Source: the human T2T-CHM13v2.0 reference genome, Homo sapiens. From it: a stretch of 64,000 nt of DNA. Of the stretch, positions 1 through 16,523 are shown in pieces. The notes beneath the pieces were generated by a model. The model was not told the DNA's origin. It saw only the letters and a program-made list of their open reading frames with translations, and did no database searches. Location of the stretch: the NCBI RefSeq assembly GCF_009914755.1, contig NC_060936.1; one strand, written 5' to 3'. Position 1 is the stretch's first letter. Every line of letters starts with the position of its first letter. The position numbers were made by a program, and so were the translations under genes.

Positions 1-43
1 GGGTGACAGTGCAAGACTCTATCTCAAGGGAAAAAAAAAAAAA
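1..43 (+). mobile_element. Alu 3' end and poly(A), cut by the window edge
   Basis: gggtgacagtgcaagactctatctc followed by an A tail. Confidence 0.85.
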
Positions 44-1343
44 TGATGTTTATGTACTTGAATTTACCATTCTTTTGTCTTTATTTTCTCTAAGCATTTT
101 TCCTTTATACTTCAAATTGTTGAATCTGGAATTGTTGGCTGTTCTTTTCATTGATTTAATTATAAAACCACTGCACATGATTCTTTGAAAATTTAATTGT
201 GTGTATTGCCTAGAATAGTGTCATGTACATAAGGCACTGAGTAAGTATTACTAAAAAAAAAAAAACTCTTTCAAATTCATATTCCAGTTTTACTCTTTTC
301 CATTTGAGGTTGTCTGAATATTTTTTTAACTCAAAACTTAAAATCAAATTTGCTTTGGCGCATCTCACTAGTGAATAAAGCTAATGCAGAATGAAGTTTT
401 AATCACAACAAATTTTATATAATTCTTAACATTTCATTAGCAGGTTTCAAGCATTAAAAATAAGTCCCTGGTAGAGTAGTAGTTGCTTCCTGAAAAGTTG
501 AGAGATAACAACAGACATTTGAACCTTTGTATTTGAAAAAAACTCTTTTGTTCAGTCCAGAAGCTCTAAAGTTTCCAGGTACCAATCAAAAGGGGTGTTT
601 TCCATCCCTGAATGACAGCTGAATACATGTCATTCACAACAAAAGGAGAGTTTCAATGTGTTCAGGCAGGAGATTAAACAGCCTTTTCAGAAATGAACAG
701 AAGTGCCTACAATTTGGAGGTCAATTAATTTAATCTGTTACCAGAAGTCTGCTTTCTTTCTTGTTTTCTATTTTAAGCCATATTCCACAACAATTTTGAC
801 AAGAATAACTAAAGTCAGCCATTTTTTTCTGTACCCTTGACTGTATGTCTTAATTCCTATAATTACTCTTATAAAAATCCATGGTTTGCTATTCTCAGCT
901 GCATAAGAAGTTAGTGATATTATTTCTTAGAGTTTTGCTGTTAAAATTAAGTGAATACACTAAATGCATGTAGTTATAAAAAATATCTTCCAGGCAATAA
1001 GACTTACAAGTAAAACTATAAGGGAACTGTGCATAAGATATAACTAAAAACTAAGTAATGAAAGACATTTTCCAAATTGTTATAGGGAATCAGTGTAGAA
1101 CGGAATGAGGAAGTGGAACTATGATTTCTAAGCCGATGCTCTACAAAATATTTTTCAATTCAAGAGGACTTCATGGAAAGAATCGGACTCAGTCTATGTA
1201 AAGGGATAGTTGACATTTGCGCACATAGATACAAGTGAAAACTTCAACCTGGAGTATAACCAAAAAGTACAAAGTGTGATGCTTTATGTGTGATTGAAGG
1301 AGGAAGAGGAATGCTGGCTGGGGACTATAAAAAAATGTTATTA

Positions 1344-1639
1344 GGCTGGGCGCAGTGACTCACGCCTGTAATCCCAGCACTTTGGAAGGCCGAGGCGGGC
1401 GGATTCCGAGGTCAGGAGATCGAGACCATCCTGGCCAACATGGTAAAACCCTGTCTCTACTGAAAATACAAGAATTAGCTGGGTGTGATGGTGCGTGCCT
1501 GTAATCCCAGCTACTCAGGAGGCGGAGGCAGAAGAATCTCTTGAAACTGGGAGGTAGAGGTTGCATTGAGCCGAGATCACGCCATTGCACTCCAGCCTGG
1601 GCGACAGGGCGAGACTTCATCTCAAAAAAAAAAAAAAAA
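1344..1639 (+). mobile_element. AluSc-like SINE
   Basis: Full dimer; gagatcgagaccatcctggccaac diagnostic; aaaaaaatgtta on both flanks. Confidence 0.93.
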
Positions 1640-1819
1640 TGTTACTGATGAATCATGGGTGCTTGTTAGACAGAACAGGAGAGGCTGACAGGAAACAATA
1701 GTTACCCAAAGCCTTGAGGTCAAAACCAATATTAGAATCTGAACTGTCTGACCCAATTGGATGATATCTGGGGAGACAAATCTGATTATGTCATACGCAA
1801 GCCTAAACTTCTTTTATAA

Positions 1820-2280
1820 TTCATCACTATCTTAAGATAAATTACAAACCCCTTAACAAAGTCCTGTAGGGCCCTCTATGTTACGGACACAAGTTTCCTT
1901 TCCATATATATTCATCTTCTAATTTTAAGAAAACCTACACTGCAGCCATTCCAAACTTACCCAATGACTTTTCCATGCTATGTTCTTTTATTCCTTCATA
2001 TCTGTCTTGCATAGTTTGTTCTGCCTTTTTCTCCTTCTCAGCTAACCACCTTGCAAACTTCTATTTATCAAATCCAACTTCAATGACCCCACTTAGGAAG
2101 TTTAAGCTATTCGGCTAGGAGCGGCATTTCCTCTTCCATGATTTTGTGACATTGTTCATTCAGATAGTAATTACTTATTTATGGATTCCCTTCCCTCTCT
2201 ACTTGGAGCTACTCAAACTCAAAGATCATATCTAATTCACGTTTATATTTGTGTTTGGTTTCAAGTCATATGGTAGAAAG
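1820..2280 (+). mobile_element. L2 fragment
   Basis: Degenerate pyrimidine-rich L2 3' region motifs; boundaries approximate. Confidence 0.5.
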
Positions 2281-2913
2281 ATCTCTGTATTTACAGTCAT
2301 AATACTTCACTTTAAAAACTAAGGATCTGAGAAATTGGATTAATCCATGAGAAGCTGTATTTATCATTTGGATTCTCCAGAAGTAAATCTCAAAGGCAAG
2401 CCTTCATGTCCTCTGCTAGTCTAGTGGTACATGCCCTCCTTATTATAAAAATCTAATTTGATTTGATGCTATCAGTAAAATTTGATAGTGATGTAATTTA
2501 TGATTTATTCTTAAGACTCTCTATTGATCTTCAGCTTTATAAAAGTTATTATTTCTTCCAATACTGTAATGTGTAAATTATTTGAGAATATTTAATTATG
2601 CTATAAAAGACAAGAGAACAAGTGGTATGGGTGAAACTCATGAAAAGCATAGAGTATACACAGTAATTAAACTATGAGCTTATGATTTAGAGGTGAAGCT
2701 CACAGAATGTGTTAAGGATAGATAATGAGTAAACAAGTAGCATGTAAAGACAGGAAAAATCATAACATGAAAATATCAAGAGTAAATTAATAATCTCTAA
2801 GAACTGCCAAAGATAGTTAATAAAAATATGGTGGGAAAATGTTACTTAAAGATAGAAAGACATGTAAAGACCAATTCATAATCATGATATAGCTGGGCCA
2901 TGAGAACATATGA

Positions 2914-3237
<324 letters not shown>

Positions 3238-3949
3238 CCACATGCTCTTAACCCAAGAAATACAAATAAAACCCAGAGTGGCTCAGCAGGCTAATAGGTC
3301 TGGTGTACTTGCCCCTGCATTTTCTAATAGAGCAAGTGTGTATTGGCCCTGGACATCTCCCACCGGCGGGCTGCTTACTCAAGTCTGAACTATGATTCTC
3401 ATAGTCACGTCAAAAGTTGGGAAACTTGATGCAGCAAAGAGAGAGGCCGGACATATGAACTCTGCATAAGGGATTCAGGTAGTGTGGTACCCCCGCTTAT
3501 AACCTGTTCTAAGTGTGTTAACCCACTCCATCTCTTTTCCCGGGTTTCGTCACACTGTATGATTTAATGAACTGTAATTTGAGCATCTTTATTCTGCCTG
3601 TGAACATTTCTGTTCTATGACCTCTGGGCTATATTGCCTGATAGTATACTTGGAGGATACCATTGAACCAAAGTAATTCTCTATGTGACAAGTAGAACAA
3701 TAGGCTCTATTGAACCATTTGGATTCATATAGCTCAGGTGAAATGACTAAATGAAAGAATAAATGACACAAACGAAGAAGATAACCTTTTCAATCAAGAA
3801 CAAAAATTTATGCTAGCTAAATAATCATAAAACTTTTTTAAAAATTCATCATAATTAAGGAAATAATTAACCAATTTAAAACTAAGAGCTACAGGCCCCA
3901 CTGCAAACATTCAAGAGGGGTGATAGAATGGGATTGGTGAAATTCTAAT

Positions 3950-4070
3950 CTGGGAGGCAGAATATGAACTCCAACCTGGCTTCTGTCGATTCCTAGATGG
4001 GTCACTTAATCGGATTTCTTAACTTTACTGAGCCTCTGTTTCCTCATTTGAAAAATGGGGGCAAAAAACC
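3950..4070 (+). mobile_element. MIR fragment
   Basis: Core ctgagcctctgtttcctcatttgaaaaatgggg. Confidence 0.7.
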
Positions 4071-4316
4071 TGTGAGGGTATTTTATAGATATAATTAAGA
4101 TTTTTATTCAGTTGGCTTTAAGTAAAAAAAGATTACCATTGATAATATGTGTGGGCTTCATCCAATCCATTGAAGGCCTTAAGAGCAAAAACCAAGATTT
4201 CCCTGTGAAGAAGGAATTCTGCTTTAAGACACAGAAATTCTGCCTGGGTTTCCAGCCTGCAGGCCTACCCTACAAACTTCAGACTTGCAAGCCTCAACAA
4301 TTGCATGAGCCAATTT

Positions 4317-4353
<37 letters not shown>

Positions 4354-4408
4354 ATATATATATATATATATATATTCCATATTATATATATATTCCATTA
4401 TATATATG

Positions 4409-4480
<72 letters not shown>

Positions 4481-4515
4481 CTATTGTTTCTCTCTGGAGA
4501 ACCCTGAATAATACA
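4071..4515 (+). mobile_element. MLT2 (ERVL) LTR, 5'-truncated
   Basis: gggcttcatccaatccattgaaggcctt and terminal tctctggagaaccctgaataataca; internal microsatellite typical of MLT2. Confidence 0.8.
4317..4477. repeat. Compound (CT)n/(TA)n/(CA)n/(TA)n microsatellite
   Basis: Directly visible inside the MLT2 LTR. Confidence 0.97.
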
Positions 4516-4931
4516 CCTTCCTGCCTCTATTTCAAATTACTATGAAAATTATTTGAAAACTGAGAGAATGCCATGCCAACTTAAGCTGTATCATCCCAAA
4601 AGTATCTCAAGTATTTAATTTGGATTGATGAATGTAAATGTATCTATTACATAATTTTATAAAATCCTTCTTATAAAAGGACTCGGTAAATAATACATTG
4701 CATAGAAATGCCAGTTTTCAAAAGGGACAATAGTGAGGAAAATTTGAATGATATTTATGAACAGTTGCTTTTAATTACTTTATGAATCCTAATTTTGCAA
4801 TAAAGGTGAAAGAGAATAGTGCCTACCTCTATTTCTCTTTATCATTTAATATAATTAGAATACATTGCTTATTTTGATTTTAGCAAAATGCTTTCGTTGT
4901 CAACCCTTTCAGTAAAACTGAAATTGTATAA

Positions 4932-7359
<2,428 letters not shown>

Positions 7360-9999
7360 AAAACCTGCCATTTTGGTTAGTCCAGCCTAGACAAGCTGTG
7401 ATTGCTCCATCTCAGTGAGTACATCCTCACATAAAAGCTCTACTATGGATTCTACTATTTGTTCTACTGAGTTCACAATAAGCAAATTACTCAAATCACC
7501 TGTACCCTCAGTTAGCGATCTAGGTGATCAGCCTTTCAGGATAGTTAACCAAGCAAACTACTGTTGCAACATGCCTCCCCGATCATCACTCCTCTACTTT
7601 CCACAAGTCTCATATCAGAATTAGTCTTATTACTTTAGAGACATAGCTCAGTTTGACTTACTACAATCCTTATTACAAGCAATCCTTATTTATAACACTA
7701 GGCTCAATGGCTTCAGCTTTACCCCCAAAATTAAACTTACATTCAAAGGGTGAAGTTTTGATGAATCGTAAACGTTTTAAAATGTAATGCCAATTTTGAA
7801 GGCTATTATCAAAACAGCTTTTTGAAAATTATTTGTAGTGGTGACCTCAATAGATTAACTAATTGAGCCTGATGATATACAGTAATCATGTGAAAGAGAA
7901 TAATGTATATTTGAATGTTTATGTTTTGATTGGGTTGTTGAAGAAAAATCAGCCTTATATCCACATCCATTATTCATTGATTTTGATTTAACTATAAGAT
8001 CCATAATCATTTTTCTAGGCTTTGTACCCTCAGTACCTAGCATAGTACTTGGTATATGAACTGTGTTTATGATCTACAGATAGCTATTGCAAGGATAAAT
8101 ATGCCCCATGTTTTTCTAATTTATTGGGGGTGGTGAAGTTAGGAAATATACAATATATTTGGCCTGTGAACCATAAATGATGATCACCTGATCTAGTTTT
8201 CTAAACTAAAAATTAACTGCCCAAATCCTTAAAAGGGAAAAAACTGGCTTATGACTTCAAAGAGAAAAAATCAAAGTTTGAGCAAAAGTCAAGCAAGGAC
8301 ACTTATGTGTCTCTTTGATCTGTTGCTCTTTCATATACCTCTTGGTTTTCAAAACAATACAGGTAAGAAAAAGAGATAATCGGGAAGAAACAGAGGGAGT
8401 GCCAGAGAAGTGAGAAGCTTATTTACTTCTGTTTACCCTATTATTACATTGAGAGAATATTCCTGTTGTTTGTGTAGCAAAGCAATTTCCCCCACCCACA
8501 TAGAAAACCTTGGTGATTCTTTAACCATGGCTAAGTGCCAACCTTTCCACATGACTTGGAAGAAGCTTCAAGATGGTTTCCCTAAAGAAACTCATTGTGT
8601 AAATCCAGATGATAAGGGTAGTGAGATTGTTGGGACTTCTCTCTTCCTTGATGAAGTTCCTTCATAAGCTTATATAACTTTATCTGCTCGATTGCATGTT
8701 TTACACAGAACAGATCCTGCCATAGTAAGTGTCATAAATGGGGGTAGATAGTAATATTTTTCATTCTAAATATATTGGAATGTTGATTTTTCCAAATTCC
8801 TCATGCAGCATGATAATAGAACTTTAAAACCTCACATTGCAGCCCACTTTGGCAACTCTTCTCAGAGCTGTCAGGCCAGTACTCCACTGATAGAGTGATT
8901 TCACCAAACAAGGTGGGGCCTTTTAAAACATTACATCATCTCTACACACTGAGCCAAGGAAAGATCTTCTCATATGGTACCTCCAGAGTAGCTTGTCCAG
9001 GGAACATTTCAATGACTCAAAGCCATAATGATTCTACCCTTGCTTGAGAAAATATTTTGTGAGCTATTCATCTTGCTCTTAGGCAATATAGACATATTGA
9101 ATTTTGAGCTGCACAAGACACTTGAGATCATTAAGTTCAACCCCTTTGTTTTTGCAACTAATCCAAGATGTAGTTGGTGAAAGAACTGGAACTAAAACCC
9201 AGGTATCCTGCTCCTTCTACAACCTAACACTGATTGTTAATTATTTAACGTTAAAAAATGACTTTTATTTAAGAACACTTTCCTCCTCCATCTGTAATAT
9301 AATAAAGGATGTGCTTTCCAAACAATTGCTCTCATGCCAGAAAGTTATTCAGTTCCATATTTCTTTTTTGATATTATAATATTTATCCATTTTTTTTAAA
9401 TATGTAAAAAAAGTTTTCAGAATTTCTTCTAGGAAAATTGTCATTTAGTAAAAATTTATTGCACTTAAGTTTTTAAAAATACTACAACAAAGTGGAATTA
9501 ATTTCACTCAATGAAATGTCAGTTACTCATTTTGGGACTATAGCTTAAGACCCCTACTGTAAAGTAAGACATAGCATAAAACATACGGACACTAAGAAAT
9601 ACCTGTATGTTTTTAAATCATCACTGGTAACTTTTTTATTGTACAGTAAACTAACAACCATCTTCTTCCAGTGACTGTGGTAAATATAATTTTGTTCCTC
9701 ATAAGCAGTTTGTGCAACATTAGCCATCAAATGAGTTCCATCTTATTTCTTAGGATTGTTCATATAAAGTCCAGTATTTTCCCCGAAATGACTCTCTGTC
9801 TTTTGGAATTTTCTAGGGCTCTCCACTTATGAACAGCTTCTTATTAGTTCATCCTAAGAGAAAAGCAAAATCTCACTGGATAAAGCTTCCAGGGAATTAA
9901 TTATCTTCTTTGTGCATAGCCACTATCAGGCAAGTCCTCCTGTTGGAATAGTACTGAAACTCAGTCTAGCTCATCCCCCTGTAACCTAGAGTGACAACC

Positions 10000-10220
10000 A
10001 TAGGTTCAGAGTCACAGTACACCTGGGTTTAAATGCTGACTCTGCCCCTTAATAGCTCATCAACTTGGGCAAGTTAGGGAAACTCGTAGTGCTCATTGGT
10101 TCAGAAAGTAGCACCCACCTTTCAAGGGTGTTGTTAACGATTACATAAAATAATATGTATACACTGGTCCCAGAAAATGCCTAAAATATAGTAAGTTCTG
10201 AATAAGTGGCATTACTTATA
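10000..10220 (+). mobile_element. MIR
   Basis: cctgggtttaaatgctgactctgccccttaatagct...ttgggcaagtta. Confidence 0.7.
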
Positions 10221-11266
10221 TTATTTCCCTTCAAACAACATGTTACTCCCTCCTTCCAATTCTTCAGTTACTGACAGTTTCTCACATTTCAAATGACCAA
10301 AACAATGCTGACTATTGGGTGGTTATATTTTGTCAGGGTTACTTTCTAAGCTAATTTACCTTCTTCTTTAATTTTTGCAAGTAACCCTTAGTTAATCACA
10401 TTTGTGGCATGTGTTCATTACAGTAAGACTTTTCCAGCCTATTTTTCCCTTTCTAGAAGACCAGAATCCTTAATGTATTATTTCTTTAACCATGTAGACA
10501 GGGATTTCGGAGCTCCTTAAGATGAATTAAACCTACTACCATCCTTGCAGCAGAGCTTCCTTATTTTAGACAGCTGAAATGAGGGCTAAGTGTTTTATCA
10601 CAGAGCAAATAATTGGCAAATCTGGATGTGGAAGCCAACAAGCTAGATTACCAGCTCTTTGTGACACTGAAAGAAGACTTCCATTGATTGAGTTCCTCTT
10701 CTTTGGGGTTTCAACAATACCTTAGTGAAAATTTGACCAGAGACAAGAGCACCTTCCTGTACTGAGATATGATGCATCCGCACACTCACAGACAATTCTC
10801 CATTGACTTTAACTGTGGAAAAGGGAAGCCTGGCATGCTGCTTAAGAAGGGCAAGTCAACCAACAACTGCACTCACTCCTAGCTTTCCTACAGAAACAGC
10901 ACTGTGTCCATGTTGCTTAACCATTTCATATTTACGGAGTGGGTTGCCTGCTCAGAAATAAACTAGGTAATAATTATCCAACTTAATTTAGCTTTATTAG
11001 ATGACCTAATTTTGCCTATTTTCCCACATCATTAGCATAAGTTATCTGGCTCACGGTTTGCTTTTTCTCATATGAATAAAAATATCTCCATATTCTCCAG
11101 TACATGGTGACTTATTGTTTTTGTTTCCTCATGGAGGCTGAGAGGGAGATAAAATATATCCTTTTATTAATAAATGATTTTGTCTTTTACTTTAGTGACA
11201 CAGTTTTGTGCAAAAGTCCAGAAAGAATTATCCCTCATAAATCATTCACTGAAATTACAAATATAA

Positions 11267-11571
<305 letters not shown>

Positions 11572-11694
11572 AATGTAATGTTTTAATATTTGAAAGTTAT
11601 TAATCAGAGTGAGAGAAATATTTAAATAAAGAAAAATTCTCATCTACCAAATTTAATATATACATCATATGCATTATTCTATACTGTTATATGA

Positions 11695-11720
<26 letters not shown>
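11695..11720. repeat. (GT)13 microsatellite
   Basis: Directly visible. Confidence 0.95.
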
Positions 11721-11726
<6 letters not shown>

Positions 11727-12623
11727 AACGGTTAAGGTAAATTTTGGATTAAGGCAAAATTTAATCCTATGATTTAGATTGCTTATGAAGATATCATACC
11801 TATGAGGGTTTACATATCATTATCTTGGCACTTTGAATTTGAGCTCTTCAATAATTCAAAACATTTTTGCTTCTGGTATAACCTCAGTTGTTAAATATGT
11901 ATTTTTAAAAGGGAAGAGATGGTGCTGTTCTGCTATTATTACTTATTTTAATCTTCAGCTTGCTTATCTTACAAAATCCTTCAAACACTATATTATGTTT
12001 ATCTTCAGTCTAGGAATAAAAAGGAGAATTTAATCTAAAAATAACACCATTCATGCTTAGTGGTTTGGAGTTTCTGAACTACCCATTCTAATATATAATC
12101 AATTTCATTTCACTGTTTGGGTATATGTTTAATGATAAGCCTGTAGAATTTCTGTGGTCATTTATTCCTTGGGATGAAATTCAATTTTGATTATACCATA
12201 AACATTTTTTGATTATTCAAAAATACTGAGATGAGAAAAAAGAACAAGTTGAAATAGTGCTCTGTACAGCTCATACTTGCACTCGTTTAATGCTATCCAA
12301 CAGTGAAAACACCACCAAAGAGCACAGTTTTCTAGCTAACAAACCAGGTACAGAAATGTTCCCCAGTTTAATACAAATACATGCATTCAGAAAAGGAAAT
12401 TTCCATGTCAGATGTTGATATGTCCCAGTCAGATTGTTTCCTGCTTTGGAAATCACTGTGCTCAGTCAATCAGGCCTGAGATGCCTGAGATGGGTCTCTT
12501 CAGCCTTTGCAGAGGGAATTGGCCAGCTCAGAGTGAAAATGCTTTCCAAATATTTAGCTGGGATTAAAGCTCAGTTTGTAAGACACTCTAGTTACCTAAA
12601 TATAAAACATTTTTGCTCTTTTC

Positions 12624-12882
<259 letters not shown>

Positions 12883-13734
12883 TAAAAATTTCTCCTTACA
12901 TAATATACAGTGTAACCTGTCGTTGCAGATGCACCTTATATATATAATATGGAATTTAATATTTTTAGGTAGTCAAACATATTTTATGCCTTTGCTGCTA
13001 AGTTTGCAAAATTTCTTTGTTCCAGAGTTTGATTAGTGTTCTCAGTAGTATGTCACACAAATTCTCTCATGGTTTTATTCACTCGCTTTTGCCCAAGCAC
13101 CAAGCAGTAGATCATTCAACTCCACAATGCTAGAAAATGGCAACTGTTTTATGCATTAATTCTGGAAAGGAGCCATTTCTAATGAGTAGAATTCAGTGAG
13201 AAGGAGAAAATTTACTTGTGGCAGTGTTTTAAGTCTCAGGACCACCTACTGAGAAGTGGGGGAATGCAGGAATATTATTTTCAACAGTTTAAAGAAGAAA
13301 AATACATTTGTGCACCTGTTGCACAGCTGTAGTGACGGTTTAACAGGGACAAAGCATGCAGAAACTATGCTCAGCAATTACTTGCTGTACATAAGGTGTA
13401 AATGCTCTGCTGTTTCAAGAATTCCTCTGCCAAGTATCAGGCCTAACAATATCTTCAGTGAGCTTTTTAGTGAGAGACTCGATCCTGCCTGCCATCTTTT
13501 AAAATTTGTGTAAAGTAATAAAAAGTGGCTGATTTCTAAAGGCAGAAAAACTTATAAAATCTCACAGAATGATAATTATCAAAAGGATAATTTTTTAAAG
13601 TAGTGTGTTCTTATACTGGAATATTACTCAGCATTGCAAACAAAGAAAGCACAAGTACATATAAACTTGGATAAACCTCATAACCACAATGTTGAGCAAA
13701 AGTAGTAAGACACCAAAGAAAACTATTAGTACAC

Positions 13735-13958
13735 GTTATATAGTTCATTATATATAATGAAATATATAGAACTATATACGTTATATAGTTATATAGTATA
13801 TAGAACTATATATGTTATATAGTTCATTATATGTATATATAGTTCTATATAGTTCATTATATATAATTCTATATAGTTCTATATAGAATTCTATATAGAA
13901 CTATATAGAATTATATATAATGAACTATATAGAACATTATATAGTTCATTATATAGTT
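13735..13958. repeat. AT-rich low-complexity repeat containing a perfect 94-bp palindrome (13842-13935)
   Basis: Units tatatagttc/gaactatata; 47-bp arms checked by hand as exact reverse complements around gaa|ttc. Confidence 0.95.
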
Positions 13959-13970
13959 CAGAAACAGGGG

Positions 13971-14338
13971 TGATATGGTGTCCCCTCCCAGACCTCATCT
14001 TGAATAGTAGCTCCCATAATTCCCACATGTCATGGGAGAGACCCGATGGGAGGTAATTGAATCATGGGGGTGGGTTTTTCCCATGCTGTTCTTGTGATAG
14101 TGAATAAGTCTCATGAGATCTGATGGTTTTATAAAGGGGAGTTCCCCTGCACATGCACATGCCCATGCCCTCTTGCCTGCTGCCATGTAAGATGTGCCTT
14201 TGCTTTTCCTTTGCCTTCTGCCATGATTGTGAGGCTTCCCCAGCCATGTGGAACTGTGAGTCCATTAAACCTCTTTCCTTAATAAATTACCCAGTCTCGG
14301 GTATGTCTTTATTAGCAGCGTGAGAACAGACTAATACA
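13971..14338 (+). mobile_element. THE1B solo LTR (ERVL-MaLR)
   Basis: tgatatgg...gagaacagactaataca; 5-bp TSD agggg/agagg. Confidence 0.92.
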
Positions 14339-15564
14339 AGAGGCATGTATGTAGGTGGTAAAAAATACCATAACAAAATCAAGAAAGTGGCTATCATGTA
14401 GTCATAATAGCGGTTAAGTTTAGGGGAGGAGAATGAGTCTGGAAGCCTCCTACAGGATGGGAGGCTCTTAGGTTGCTAGCAGTGCTCTATTTCCTAACCT
14501 GTATGGTGGTGACAATCAGTGTTTACTCTGTAACTTTTCATTTTATCTCGCATTGTTCTTTAAACATTTCTGAGTGTATTTTATTTTGCTGTAAGCATAT
14601 GCTAAAAATCACTGTCATAGTTAATTGCAGGTACCTACTTTTTTGAAAATATCAAATTTTTTAAAACTGTTAACAATTGAGACTGTTCATAAATGCATGG
14701 AACTAGATGTGAAGGTGCAGATTTTTAGTGAGCAAACTAGGGTGTTACCTTTTAGTGATGAGAGGAAATCCTTAATTTTAAAATGTTGGCAGTAGATTAT
14801 GGTAAACATACTTAAACAAAAACAAAATCACTTATTACCTGAGGGTTTGCATAAACTAGACGACGCACTTTTATTCCATAAGGGCTTAGATGCTTTAAAT
14901 ATCTTTCCTGAGTGTGCTGTCATTTCCTTCTACATGTCATGTCAAATAAACAATTAATAGAGGTGTTTGTAGATTTGGAGGCTGATAGTGATCATTTGGA
15001 AGCCCTTATTAAGGACAAGTTAGCACAAACATTATCCTACCAGCACTAAATTCAAACAAGGTTTAAAAATTTAAGCAGAAAATGCTTCAGATATTCAAAA
15101 CAATCTTTAGTGCTGTTATAAATTGGAAGGTTTTAGAGGCTTAACAATCCGATACTTGTACAGCAAGAAGGATGATTCCCACTCAATTATTTCTAAAACC
15201 TGAGATAGATATATATATCTCATAAGATAATATACGTAAGGAGGTGGACCTGGATACATAACAAATCCACCATAATCTAGAGTGTGATTACCCTTCCTAA
15301 TTAATGCCCTTTCAACTTAATGCCTGTTACCCTCCACATCCCATAGTTGATGAATATTAAACTGCTTGATGTTTTTTATTTCCATGCCTTCAGCTGTTGT
15401 GTGAAGACTCTTTTGATTATGAGTTAGAAAAATCAATTCAAACTAGGTTAAGAGGAAAGGAATTTAAAAGAAAACTTTAAAGATAAAAATAGAAACATAT
15501 TATATGCTCAATTGACAATTCCAAATTCATAGAAATAACTACTATAAAAATTAGTATAAAAATG

Positions 15565-16030
15565 CACAGAAACAGAAAACCAAATATAACATGTCCTTAC
15601 TTATAATAAGCCTGAGCAACATAGTGAGATCCTGTCTCTACAAAAAATAAAAAAATTAGCTGGGTATGGTGGGGCATGCCTATGGTCCCAGCTACTTGGA
15701 GGCTGAGACAGGAGGATCACTTGAGCCCAGGAGGTCAAGGCTGTGGTGAGCCATAATTATGTCACTGACTCCAGCCTGGGCGAACCACCTGAGACCCTGT
15801 CTCAAAAATGAAACAAAAAAGCAGATGGGAACAGTAGTCCCTGGGGAATCCAAAAGGAGGAGGGAGGGAGGGAGCAAGGGAACGGCTGGAAACTTCCTAA
15901 TGAATACTATGTTCACTATCTGGGTGACAGGATCAATAGAAGCCCAAACCTCAGCATCACACAATATGCCCTTACAACAAACCTGCACATGTGTCCCCTG
16001 AATCTAAAATAAAAATGGAAATTTAAAGAA
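15565..16030 (+). mobile_element. L1PA16/L1PB-like 3' end, interrupted by an Alu
   Basis: aaaccaaatataacatgtccttacttataa...gatgggaacagtag...acaaacctgcacatgtgtcccctgaatctaaaataaaa. Confidence 0.8.
15609..15820 (+). mobile_element. 5'-truncated AluJ
   Basis: agcctgagcaacatagtgaga...gaggatcacttgagcccaggaggtcaaggctg. Confidence 0.88.
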
Positions 16031-16189
16031 ATCTGGTTATGGATCATTCCAGATTTTTATACATACATGTACACATGCCAACATGCACACAGTTTTTCTT
16101 CATGTGGGATGATACCATCTATGTTGCTCTTCCAATGGCTTTTTTCATTTAATGGACAACTTTCCAAGATAGTATTAAAGAGTAAAGTA

Positions 16190-16338
16190 CCGCCCCACCG
16201 TCTGGGAAGTGAGGAGCGCCTCTGTCCGGCCGCTGTGCAACCTTCCAGGTGTGAAGTGGCAGCCTTGTGTGTGATCTTTCTGCCCTCCCCAAGTTTGCAT
16301 TTTTGACATTAAAGTTTACTTTTAAATTAAAAATAAAT
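16190..16338 (+). mobile_element. SVA2-type element, 5'-truncated
   Basis: One SVA VNTR unit (ccgccccaccgtctgggaagtgaggagcgcctctg) joined to a non-SINE-R 3' region, ATTAAA and an A tail; TSD aaagagtaaagta at 16177-16189 and 16339-16351. Confidence 0.85.
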
Positions 16339-16523
16339 AAAGAGTAAAGTAGGTAACTACCTTATTTTGTAATAGTTGCATTATTTTAACAAACATTTAT
16401 GACAGTTCTCATTTCCAATGGGAATTTATGGACATTATTCTGAGATTATCACACAATCCAAGGAAAAGTTAAACAACCATCAGCAAGAATGAAGGAACCA
16501 AGGCAACTCTGCAGCAGGAATTC

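Larger units (their letters stand above)
13600..14590 (+). mobile_element. Old L1ME-type 3' end, split by an AT-rich repeat and a THE1B LTR
   Basis: tggataaacctcataaccacaatgttgagcaaaag...tagttcagaaacagg; resumes after the LTR with gtgctctatttcctaacctg...ggtggt. Confidence 0.6.

Noticed and set aside
609-636. 9-bp inverted repeat tgaatgaca/tgtcattca
   Set aside because: Short enough to occur by chance; no extended stem
8360-8667. Strong donor cag|gtaaga at 8362/8363 and a nearby 85-aa ORF
   Set aside because: No matching acceptor or recognisable peptide
14235-14247. PRDM9 hotspot motif in THE1B
   Set aside because: Reads CTTCCCCAGCCAT rather than CCTCCCTAGCCAC, with mismatches at key positions
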